The notes under the pieces were generated by a model. The model searched no databases. It was given only the letters and a program-made list of their open reading frames with translations, and was not told where the DNA came from. 39,723 bases of DNA from an uncultured Thermodesulfobacteriota bacterium (GTDB taxonomy: Bacteria; Desulfobacterota; Deferrisomatia; Deferrisomatales; JACRMM01). Shown here in pieces: positions 1 to 9,094 of this stretch (position 1 is the first letter of the stretch; the number at the start of each line of letters is the position of its first letter). Location: NCBI GenBank assembly GCA_964528225.1, contig CAZGRT010000001.1:1-39723 (forward strand). Direction: 5' to 3'. The position numbers and the translations under genes are program-made.

Positions 1-818
1 TCCAGGTAGGACTTGATCCGCACCAGCGCGTTGACGATCCGCGGGTTGCCCACGCAGAACCCCACCCTCCAGCCCGCCATGTTGTAGCTCTTCGACAGGC
101 TCATGAACTCCACGGCGATGTCCTTGGCGCCGGGAACCTGCAGGATGCTGGGGGCCTTGTACCCGTCGAAGCAGATGTCCGCGTACGCGAGGTCGTGCAC
201 GAGGATCATCCGGTGTTCCCGGCAGAAGTCCACGATCCGCTCGAAGAACGCCAGGTCGGCGGTCTGGGTCGTGGGGTTCTGCGGAAAGTTGAGGATGAGC
301 ATCCGGGGCCGGGGCCACACGGTCTTCGTGGCCTGCTCCAACCGCTGGATGAACTCGGAGCCCCCCTCGCCGAGGGGGATCGCCCGGAGGTCTCCGTCGG
401 CGAGGACCACCGAGTACGAGTGGATCGGATAGGTCGGGTTCGGCACGAACACCAGGTCGCCCGGCGCCAGGGTGGCCATCACGAGGTGGGCCAGCCCTTC
501 CTTGGCGCCCATGGTGGCGCACACCTCCGACTCCGGATCCAGGTACACCCCGTAACGGTCCTCGTACCACTTCGCGATCCCGAGCCGGAGCTTGTAGATG
601 CCCCGGGAGACGCTGTAGCGGTGGTTCTTCGGCTTCTGGACGGCCTCCACCAGTTTGTCGATGATCGCCTGGGGAGTCGGGCGGTCGGGGTTCCCCATGC
701 CGAGGTCGATGATGTCCTCGCCCTGGCGACGGGCCCGCATCTTCAGTTCGTCCACGACCTTGAACACGTACGGGGGAAGCCGCTCGATGCGGTGGAAGGT
801 CATGCTGTCCTGGGACAT
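1..818 (-). CDS. alaC: PLP-dependent aminotransferase, class I/II (AlaC/YfdZ-like alanine transaminase). Partial: the C-terminus lies beyond the window start.
   Basis: The reverse-strand frame is open from the window edge to the ATG at 816-818. My translation reads [45 protein letters not shown]...[65 protein letters not shown]. It is collinear with E. coli AlaC as I recall it, including the [10 protein letters not shown] lysine motif. The ORF is missing from the supplied track because it has no stop inside the window. Confidence 0.85.
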   Translation of the reverse strand, partial: MSQDSMTFHRIERLPPYVFKVVDELKMRARRQGEDIIDLGMGNPDRPTPQAIIDKLVEAVQKPKNHRYSVSRGIYKLRLGIAKWYEDRYGVYLDPESEVCATMGAKEGLAHLVMATLAPGDLVFVPNPTYPIHSYSVVLADGDLRAIPLGEGGSEFIQRLEQATKTVWPRPRMLILNFPQNPTTQTADLAFFERIVDFCREHRMILVHDLAYADICFDGYKAPSILQVPGAKDIAVEFMSLSKSYNMAGWRVGFCVGNPRIVNALVRIKSYL

Positions 819-947
819 GGGATGGGCCTCCCGGAGGGTCGTGGCCGGCTCGAAAAGAGCGATCATGCTACTGGATCGCCTCCACGGGGGTCAACGGCTT
901 TCCCCACGGAAGTACCCGTTTTTCCGAGGGGTTATGGCCCTCGTCGT

Positions 948-976
948 TTGACCCCCGGGAGGATTTTCGGTACGGT
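948..976 (+). promoter_or_regulatory. Candidate sigma70-type promoter for ftsH (TTGACC-17 nt-TACGGT)
   Basis: TTGACC lies at 948-953, followed by a 17-nt spacer and TACGGT at 971-976, about 30 nt upstream of the ftsH ATG. The -10 element is weak. Confidence 0.3.
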
Positions 977-1006
977 AGCGCTCCACCCGCGGGCTGCGAG
1001 GATTCG

Positions 1007-2869
<1,863 letters not shown>

Positions 2870-2915
2870 CGGGGCACCTCGAGCGCCCCACAACCTCACG
2901 ACCCAGGCAGGCCCC

Positions 2916-3398
2916 ATGACGACCCAACCGGAAACCAAGGCCCACGTGCTGATCAAGAAGTACGCGAACCGCAGGCTCTACGACACCGCCCACAGCCGCT
3001 ACGTCAACCTCAAGCAGATCTTCGAGATGATCCGCGAGGGGCACACGGTGGAGGTCGTGGACGCCTCCACGGGGGAGGACCTCTCCAAGGTGATCCTGAC
3101 CCAGATCATCCTCGAGGAGGAGAAGGGGCAGCGCAACCTCCTCCCCGTGGATTTTTTGCATCGCATCATCCAAGAGGGCGAGTCGGCCTACGAGAAGTTC
3201 CTCGAACGCGGCCTCGCCGCAGGGCTCGCCGCCTACCGCTCGGCGCAGGAGCAGATGGAGTCCGCCCTGCGGGGCTGGATGACCCCGTGGATGAACGTGC
3301 CCGGCGCGGACGCCCGAAGCGAGATCGAGACCCTGCGGGAGCGGATCGGGCAGCTCGAGGCGAAGCTCGCCGAGCGAGGCCGCGGCCCCTCCGACTGA
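2916..3398 (+). CDS. phaR: Polyhydroxyalkanoate synthesis repressor PhaR
   Basis: I take the internal ATG at 2916 (MTTQPETKAHVLIKKYANRRLYDTAHSRYVNLKQIFEMIREG...). The IKKYANRRLYDT N-terminus is the PhaR signature. The longer track ORF starting at 2826 adds a low-complexity Arg/Thr/Pro leader that overlaps the ftsH end. Confidence 0.9.
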   Translation: MTTQPETKAHVLIKKYANRRLYDTAHSRYVNLKQIFEMIREGHTVEVVDASTGEDLSKVILTQIILEEEKGQRNLLPVDFLHRIIQEGESAYEKFLERGLAAGLAAYRSAQEQMESALRGWMTPWMNVPGADARSEIETLRERIGQLEAKLAERGRGPSD

Positions 3399-3473
3399 CC
3401 GCACCCACTCGTCCTCCCGTTCGCCGTGCCGCTGGAGGAGTCCAAACGTCCCCGAGAATTATCCGGATGGCTC

Positions 3474-3502
3474 TTGACGCAGTGCAGCAAAGCGGGTAGC
3501 TT
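3474..3502 (+). promoter_or_regulatory. Candidate sigma70-type promoter (TTGACG-17 nt-TAGCTT) with a TGC-rich spacer, a possible PhaR operator
   Basis: TTGACG lies at 3474-3479 and TAGCTT at 3497-3502, with exactly 17 nt between them. The spacer contains GCAGTGCAGC. The promoter sits about 20 nt upstream of the GGAGGA RBS of the 3523 gene. Confidence 0.4.
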
Positions 3503-3522
3503 CCCGCTCCACGGAGGACGAC

Positions 3523-4008
3523 ATGGACCCGAAGCTGCTGGAAGCCTGGCTCCGCCTGACGGCGGACGCCCTCAAGGGGACCGAGGAAGCCCGCAAGGCG
3601 CTCGAGGCCCTCGGGGTGACTCCTCCCTCCCGCGAGGCACTGTCCCGTTGGGCGAGCGCCTGGCTGCCCCAGTACGGGGAGCGACGGGAGCCGCCCCAGG
3701 GCGGAGAGTTGCAGGAGATGGCGGAGCAGTGGTGGAAGGCGCTCGGAGTGGTGCCGCGGCATCGCTACCTGGAGCTGCTGGAACGGTACGAGGAGCTGAG
3801 GCTCCGCCTCGAAGAGGCGGAGAAGACCATCCGCAACCTCCGTGACGTGCTCGCCCGCCGCGGCTCCGAGTCCGAGGCCGGGAGCGAGTTGCTCGACCAG
3901 TGGGAGGAGACCACCCGCAAGGTCTTGGAGACGCAGTCGGAGTGGGCCAAGTCCTGGGCGGAGGGCTTCTGGAAGGTGGAAGACGACAAGGGCGGAAAGA
4001 AGGCCTGA
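3523..4008 (+). CDS. Small coiled-coil protein in the PHA locus, a candidate phasin or PHA-granule-associated protein
   Basis: 161 aa. GGAGGA lies 5 nt before the ATG and GC3 matches the host. The sequence is helical and charged (YLELLERYEELRLRLEEAEKTIRNLRDVL) with Trp-rich flanks. It sits between phaR and phaE, and its stop overlaps an in-frame ATG of phaE. I recognise no diagnostic motif. Confidence 0.6.
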   Translation: MDPKLLEAWLRLTADALKGTEEARKALEALGVTPPSREALSRWASAWLPQYGERREPPQGGELQEMAEQWWKALGVVPRHRYLELLERYEELRLRLEEAEKTIRNLRDVLARRGSESEAGSELLDQWEETTRKVLETQSEWAKSWAEGFWKVEDDKGGKKA

Positions 4009-4037
4009 TGCCCGTCACGCGAAGGGAGGACGCCGGG

Positions 4038-5291
4038 ATGAACTGGACCGAACAGGCCCAAGAGATGATGAAGTCGTGGACCGGCACCCAGAAGAAGCTC
4101 TGGGAGAGCTGGAGCGACGCGGCGAAGAGCGGGAGCGCGCAGCCCTCCCAGGAGCCGTGGTCGGGGTGGGTGGCGCAGTGGCAGCAGATGGCTCGGGATT
4201 CGCTCCAGAAGATGGGGAGCGGAGCCACGGGTGTGCCCCGGGAGGTCGCCGAGAGGCTCTTCGCCGGCGAGGCCTCCTTCCTGCGGTTCGTGGAGTTCGC
4301 GTTGGGCACCCTCAAGCACATCGCCCCCAAGATCGACGCGGGCGAGGACTGGGTGGAACTGCTTCGCCGTCAACTCGGCCAGATGAAGCAGGAGATGACC
4401 AAGGCGCCCGCGCCCTGGTTCACGCCGGAGGCGGCCGCGGCGTTCTCCAAGGACATCCCGGAGCTCTGGAGGCTGTTCCTGCAGGAAACCGGCAAGCTCT
4501 CGGCGCCGTGGACGAGCTCCATCAAGCAGGCCGGCGGACACATCGGCGAGGCCATGAGCGGGGACCGCCAGGCAGCGATCCGGATGTACAACATGTTCCT
4601 GGACACCTTCGAGAACACGTTCGGCAAGCTGGCCGCCGCGCCGGCTATCGGGTACACGAGGGAGTTCCAGGAGAAGCTGACGAAGGCCTTCGAGTCGTGG
4701 GTGGACGCCAGGAGGGCCGAAGTCGACCTGCGCACCGAGTTGGTCAACACCGGCTTGCGGGCCCTGGAAGGCCTGCTGCGAGAACTCGTGGCCAAGGGGG
4801 AAGCCGGAGAGAAGGTCGACAGCTTCCGAGCCCTCTTCGACCTCTGGGTAGCCACCGCGGAGAAGAGCTACTACGACATCGCGAGCACCGAGTCTTTCGC
4901 CGAGATCCAGGGCCGGGTGGTCAACACGGCCATGCAGTACCGGATCCGGGAGCGGGAGCTGGCCGAGGAGATCTACCGGACGGTCCACCTGCCGACGCAG
5001 AGCGAACTCGACGACGCCTACCGTCACATGCACGACCTCAAGAGCGAGGTCCGGAAACTCCGCAGCGAGGTCAACCAGCTCAAGGCGGCGGCGAAGAGCC
5101 AGCCCGCTCCGGCCCCCGCACCCCAGGCCGCTGCAACTGCCACGGCCCCGGCCCCGAAGAAGGCCCCGACCAAGGCCTCCGTCACGGCCCCGGCCAAGAC
5201 GAAGGCCAAGAGTGCCGCCAAGGCCGCTCCGAAGGCTGCTCCGAAGGCTGCCGCCAAGACCCGGACCAAGACCGGCCGCAAGGGCTCGTAA
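4038..5291 (+). CDS. phaE: Class III PHA synthase subunit PhaE with a C-terminal Ala/Lys/Pro-rich tail
   Basis: I chose the ATG at 4038 because GGGAGGA lies 7 nt upstream. An alternative ATG at 4008 overlaps the preceding stop. The N-terminus is Trp-rich (MNWTEQAQEMMKSWTGTQKKLWESWSDAAK), and the gene lies immediately 5' of a class III phaC. The last ~70 aa form a low-complexity AKP tail. Confidence 0.8.
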   Translation: MNWTEQAQEMMKSWTGTQKKLWESWSDAAKSGSAQPSQEPWSGWVAQWQQMARDSLQKMGSGATGVPREVAERLFAGEASFLRFVEFALGTLKHIAPKIDAGEDWVELLRRQLGQMKQEMTKAPAPWFTPEAAAAFSKDIPELWRLFLQETGKLSAPWTSSIKQAGGHIGEAMSGDRQAAIRMYNMFLDTFENTFGKLAAAPAIGYTREFQEKLTKAFESWVDARRAEVDLRTELVNTGLRALEGLLRELVAKGEAGEKVDSFRALFDLWVATAEKSYYDIASTESFAEIQGRVVNTAMQYRIRERELAEEIYRTVHLPTQSELDDAYRHMHDLKSEVRKLRSEVNQLKAAAKSQPAPAPAPQAAATATAPAPKKAPTKASVTAPAKTKAKSAAKAAPKAAPKAAAKTRTKTGRKGS

Positions 5292-5309
5292 GCGAGAAAG
5301 GACCGCGCC

Positions 5310-6374
5310 ATGTTCCCGATCCAGATCCGTCCAGAGCAGGCCCTCAAGGAGATGGTGGACTTCAATCGGAAGCTCCTGAAGGGCATCGATTCCATCGTCG
5401 ACATCCGGGAAATCGACGTCGCTCCCACTCCCCGGGAGGCGGTGTACCGGGAGGACGAACTCGTCCTCTATCACTACGCGCCCACGGTGAAACGGCCCTG
5501 CAAGGTGCCGGTGCTGATCGTGTACGCCCTGGTGAACCGCCCGTACATGGTCGACATCCAGCAGGATCGCTCCATGGTCCGCAACCTGCTCAACCAGGGT
5601 CTGGACGTCTACCTCGTGGACTGGGGCTATCCCGACCGCTGCGAGCAGTACCTGACGCTGGACGACTACATCAACGGCTACATCGACCGCTGCGTCGACG
5701 TGCTCCGGGAGCGCCACGGGCTCGACAAGGTCAACCTGCTCGGCATCTGCCAGGGGGGCACCTTCAGCCTGTGCTACTCGGCCCTGCACCCGGAGAAGGT
5801 GCAGAACCTGATCACGATGGTGACGCCGGTGGACTTCCACGTGCGCGACGGACTCCTCAACGTGTGGGCACAGAACCTCGACATGGACGCCATGGTCGAC
5901 GCGTTCGGAAACGTTCCCGGCGCCTTCATGAACTGGGGCTTCCTGGTGCTCAAGCCCCTCCAGTTGATGGTGCAGAAGTACCTGGGGTTCGTCTCGATCC
6001 TCGACGACGAGCAGAACCTGAAGAGCTTCCTCCGCATGGAGAAGTGGATCTTCGACAGCCCCGACCAGGCGGGGGCGACGATCCGGCAGTTCGTCAAGGA
6101 CTTCTACCAGCAGAACAAGCTCATCAAGGGCGAGGCGATGATCGGCGAGGATCGGGTCGACCTGCGCAACGTCACCATGCCCGTGCTGAACATCTACGCC
6201 AAGGAGGACCACCTGGTGCCGCCGAGTTCCTCTCTGGCGATGGAGAAGCACGTCGGCTCGAAGGACCTCACGACCCTTGCCTTCCCCGGAGGGCACATCG
6301 GAATCTACGTGAGCGGCCGGGCCCAGAAGGAACTCGCGCCCGCCATCGGAAACTGGGTCAAGGAACGCTGCTGA
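5310..6374 (+). CDS. phaC: Class III poly(R)-hydroxyalkanoate synthase PhaC
   Basis: At 354 aa it has the typical class III size. The lipase-box variant G-I-C-Q-G-G has its Cys at residue 147. The fold context is alpha/beta-hydrolase, and phaE lies upstream. Confidence 0.93.
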   Translation: MFPIQIRPEQALKEMVDFNRKLLKGIDSIVDIREIDVAPTPREAVYREDELVLYHYAPTVKRPCKVPVLIVYALVNRPYMVDIQQDRSMVRNLLNQGLDVYLVDWGYPDRCEQYLTLDDYINGYIDRCVDVLRERHGLDKVNLLGICQGGTFSLCYSALHPEKVQNLITMVTPVDFHVRDGLLNVWAQNLDMDAMVDAFGNVPGAFMNWGFLVLKPLQLMVQKYLGFVSILDDEQNLKSFLRMEKWIFDSPDQAGATIRQFVKDFYQQNKLIKGEAMIGEDRVDLRNVTMPVLNIYAKEDHLVPPSSSLAMEKHVGSKDLTTLAFPGGHIGIYVSGRAQKELAPAIGNWVKERC

Positions 6375-6395
6375 ACCCGGGGGGACCGGGAACGC

Positions 6396-6425
6396 GAGGG
6401 GCCTGCTCCGGCGCAGGGGCCCCTC
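6396..6425 (+). terminator. Possible terminator hairpin after phaC
   Basis: GAGGGGCC (6396-6403) pairs with GGCCCCTC (6418-6425), followed by CTTCCTTCC. The T-tract is poor. Confidence 0.35.
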
Positions 6426-6472
6426 CTTCCTTCCGGCACCTCGCGCCAGGAACGCCGGCCGGAAAAATGGCG

Positions 6473-6501
6473 TTGACCACCTGAGGCGACTTCCGTATCA
6501 T
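6473..6501 (+). promoter_or_regulatory. Sigma70-type promoter of cspA (TTGACC-17 nt-TATCAT)
   Basis: TTGACC lies at 6473-6478 and TATCAT at 6496-6501, with exactly 17 nt between them. The implied leader is about 250 nt, in keeping with the long 5' UTRs of cold-shock genes. Confidence 0.6.
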
Positions 6502-6755
6502 CGCGCCGCTCGATGCGTTCCGCGACGGACGGGAAGCGCGTCGTACGAGATTCACCCAGCGTCGGACTTCAAAGAGGGAGCGGCCGAGGCGGGCTTGCTC
6601 CCTCTCTTGCGTTCCGCGCCGGGCAACCGAGCCACTCCGATGGAACAAGAACAGCGACAGGCAGTGGACCTCCACCTCTCTGAGCTTTTCGAGCCATCGT
6701 CAGTGCAACACATGGGTCAGAAGCCCAGAGTCTAGGAAGAAAGGAGGTACGCACC

Positions 6756-6959
6756 ATGGCAAGAGGAACCGTGAAGTGGTTCAACGACCAGAAGGGGTTC
6801 GGGTTCATCACCCAGGAGAACGGTGGCCCGGACGTCTTCGTGCATTTCAGCGCCATCCAGGGGCAGGGTTTCAAGACCCTGGCCGAGGGCCAGGCGGTGG
6901 AATTCGAGGTCACCCAGGGCCCCAAGGGCGCCCAGGCCTCGAACGTCACGCCCGTCTGA
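6756..6959 (+). CDS. cspA: Cold-shock protein, CspA family
   Basis: 67 aa: [34 protein letters not shown]. It carries the RNP1 (KGFGFI) and RNP2 (VFVHF) motifs, and AAGGAGG lies 8 nt upstream. Confidence 0.98.
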   Translation: MARGTVKWFNDQKGFGFITQENGGPDVFVHFSAIQGQGFKTLAEGQAVEFEVTQGPKGAQASNVTPV

Positions 6960-6980
6960 TCTGACGCCGAGCGCGTGAAG

Positions 6981-7019
6981 GAAGAGCGGGTCCTCTCTCG
7001 GGGACCCGCTCTTCTTTTT
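6981..7019 (+). terminator. Rho-independent terminator of cspA
   Basis: A perfect 13-bp stem pairs GAAGAGCGGGTCC (6981-6993) with GGACCCGCTCTTC (7002-7014). The loop is 8 nt and TTTTT follows at 7015-7019. Confidence 0.9.
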
Positions 7020-7345
7020 CGCCCTCGGTCGCGTCGGCCCCCCCTCCCGCTCCCGAGGGCTCCCGAATTCCCAGGCGGTCCCCCCGCCCTCGTCCTGGCG
7101 GCCGGTCGCCGAGCGCAACCCGCCCTTCCGGTACCGGGGACGGCCCCGGGATCGGCACCACGAAAACGCTTCGACAGGGAGACGGGGACGGCGGAGCTAG
7201 CGTGCGGTCCGGCGCTCCCGGAGCCAGGCCGCGACATCGGCCTGGAGCTTCCGCTCCATGGCGGCGGGCTGGACCTCCGGGGCCCCTCTCCGCCGCAGGA
7301 CCTGGACGCGGGGCGCTGTTTCGGTGGACGTGCGTGACGCGGTCT

Positions 7346-7390
7346 GAACGTTTCTCATGTGGGGCGACGCTTTTCCTTTCCGGAGATAGG
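7346..7390. repeat. Copy A of a bipartite intergenic motif shared with 24409-24456
   Basis: GAACgTTtCTCATGTGGG, 14 nt, then TTCCGgaGATAGGGT. The 12-mer TTCTCATGTGGG (7352-7363) is identical to 24413-24424. Confidence 0.5.
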
Positions 7391-7658
7391 GTGCCTTCTT
7401 TACGACCCGGGCGCGGGCGGACCCACGAGACGTCCCGGGGTGCTCCTGCGCGCCGACCGCCGGAGCGCGGCTTCCCGGAGGGAACCGCTCAGCGGACGGG
7501 GCTGCCCGTCGACCGGACTCTTCGCGCGACTTCGGGAAAAGGGAGATCTCGAAGGCAGGAACGGGATGGATGCTACCACGGATGCGAAGCGCAAGGAAGG
7601 CCGATGCGCACGCCGCGGTCCACGGGCCGCCTCGCGGGGTTTTCAACCGGGGACGAAC

Positions 7659-7680
7659 GAAGGGCCCCGCAGGGCCCTTC
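7659..7680 (-). terminator. Hairpin downstream of the cytidylate-kinase-like gene, a possible terminator
   Basis: GAAGGGCCC, a cgca loop, then GGGCCCTTC give a 9-bp stem 30 nt past the stop at 7710. No U-tract follows on the minus strand. Confidence 0.35.
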
Positions 7681-7709
7681 TCCGCCACCGGCCTTCCACC
7701 GAACGAGCC

Positions 7710-8414
7710 TCAGGCCTTCTCCGCCGCCTCCGAACCCGCCACGTCCCGGGCCAGCGCCTCGAGGATGTCGGTACAACGATCGAGCCCGAGTTTCGAGGTG
7801 TTCAGGGTGATGTGGTACAGCGTCGGCTGGTCGGGGTCGCAGTCGAAGTAGAAGCGCAGGTAGTCCTGGCTGCGTGCATCGATCTTGTGGACGAAGTCCC
7901 GGGCCTGCTCCTTGGACATGCCCCGCCGCTCCGCGGTCCACGCGACCCGATCCTCGAAAGCAGCCACGAACCGGACGTGGAGCGTACGGGGGTTTTCCTT
8001 GAGGATGCACTGCCCCCCGCGGCCGACCACGATCACGCCGCGCCGCTGACCGAGGGAGGAGACGATCTTGATGACCATCTGCTTGTAGATGTCACCGTCG
8101 ATCCACCCGTCGACCCGGTAGTGGTAGGGGATCTTGTCCCGATCGTCGTACCGGGCGTCGGAGAGAGCGTCCTCCCGGACCTTGGCCTTCTTCTTCAGGG
8201 CGTCGAGATCGAAGATCGTGGAGAAGAAGCTCTTGAGCTTGTTGTGGTGCTCCGCCTCGAACTCCTCGACTTCCTCGTCCGGCACGTTCACCTCGAGCGC
8301 CACGCGGTGGATGATCTCCTTGTCCACGTAGTCGACGCCCAGGCGTTTGGCGAGTTCCTTGGCGACCTCGGGGCCGCCGGCACCAAACTGGTTCGACACG
8401 GTTATGACGGGCAT
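7710..8414 (-). CDS. Cytidylate kinase-like family protein (AAA/Cytidylate_kin2 type)
   Basis: I take the ATG at 8414, which has GGAGGA 5 nt upstream. The N-terminus MPVITVSNQFGAGGPEVAKELAKRLGVDYVDKEII matches the I-T-I-S-R-x-x-G-S-G-G pattern of this family. 234 aa. Confidence 0.8.
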   Translation of the reverse strand: MPVITVSNQFGAGGPEVAKELAKRLGVDYVDKEIIHRVALEVNVPDEEVEEFEAEHHNKLKSFFSTIFDLDALKKKAKVREDALSDARYDDRDKIPYHYRVDGWIDGDIYKQMVIKIVSSLGQRRGVIVVGRGGQCILKENPRTLHVRFVAAFEDRVAWTAERRGMSKEQARDFVHKIDARSQDYLRFYFDCDPDQPTLYHITLNTSKLGLDRCTDILEALARDVAGSEAAEKA

Positions 8415-8608
8415 CGCTCCTCCTTGCCAGACAGGGATCCCCAGAAGAGGTCCGTCCCCGGGGCAGCGTCGTCCGAGCCCCGGGAGAACCCGGCGCATCT
8501 TATAGCAAAGGCCCCCCGGCCCTTCAAGCGCATATCACCCTTAGCAGCTTTGCCCGGCCTCTGTTATCCTGGGCCGTCGGCTCCTTCCCTCTCTCCCGCC
8601 GCCACTCG

Positions 8609-9094
8609 ATGGGAACGCTGCACGTTGTCGGCATTTCGGACTGCAAGACGTCCTCCGACCCCTCCGACTCCGTCGTCACCTACGGGCTGGGATCGTGCGT
8701 CGGCGTCGTCCTGTACGACGCGCGAGCCGCGATCGGCGGCATGGCCCACGTGATGCTGCCCGACTCCCGATGGCGACGGGGAGCGCGGGACTCCAACCCA
8801 CACATGTGCGCCGACACGGCCGTCCCGGCACTCCTCGGGGCAGTGACGTCACTGGGCGCCGCCCGGGAGCACCTGGTCGCCAAACTGGCAGGCGGCGCGA
8901 ACATGCTCGTGCGCTCCGCCCTGTTCGACATCGGGGCGCGCAACGCGGGCGCCCTCCTGGCCCTTCTCCGCCGGGAGAACATCCCGGTCGCCGGCGCGAG
9001 CCTGGGGGGCTCGGTGGGCCGTTCGATGCAGTTTCGGCTGCACGACGGACTGGTCAGGGTGCAGGTACTCGGGCGAGGCACCGAGACGCTATGA
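8609..9094 (+). CDS. cheD: Chemoreceptor glutamine deamidase CheD
   Basis: 161 aa. The motif TYGLGSCVGVVLYD...GGMAHVMLP matches the CheD catalytic Cys/His region. There is no obvious SD. Confidence 0.85.
   Translation: MGTLHVVGISDCKTSSDPSDSVVTYGLGSCVGVVLYDARAAIGGMAHVMLPDSRWRRGARDSNPHMCADTAVPALLGAVTSLGAAREHLVAKLAGGANMLVRSALFDIGARNAGALLALLRRENIPVAGASLGGSVGRSMQFRLHDGLVRVQVLGRGTETL

Noticed and set aside
4008-4037. The alternative phaE start at 4008 overlapping the upstream stop. Also the alternative ftsY start at 31556 (GTG overlapping the aroA stop).
   Set aside because: Neither is excluded. In each case a downstream start (4038; 31523) has a much better GGAGG-type RBS at the correct spacing, so I annotated those.
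7361-7700. Possible tmRNA, RNase P or SRP RNA in the gene-free gap. The cues were GGGGCGACG... at 7361 and ...CTCCGCCACC near 7685.
   Set aside because: There is no acceptor-stem complementarity between the ends, no T-arm (GGTTCGAATCC-like), no tag ORF ending in a stop, no GAGGAAAGTCCGGGC (RNase P P4), and no SRP GGAAG/AGCAG motif.
8415-8608. A divergent promoter region between the cytidylate-kinase-like gene and cheD, with a possible TTAGCA-18 nt-TATCCT element near 8541-8570.
   Set aside because: The match is weak, the spacer is 18 nt, and there is no supporting feature. It is too uncertain to list as a feature.
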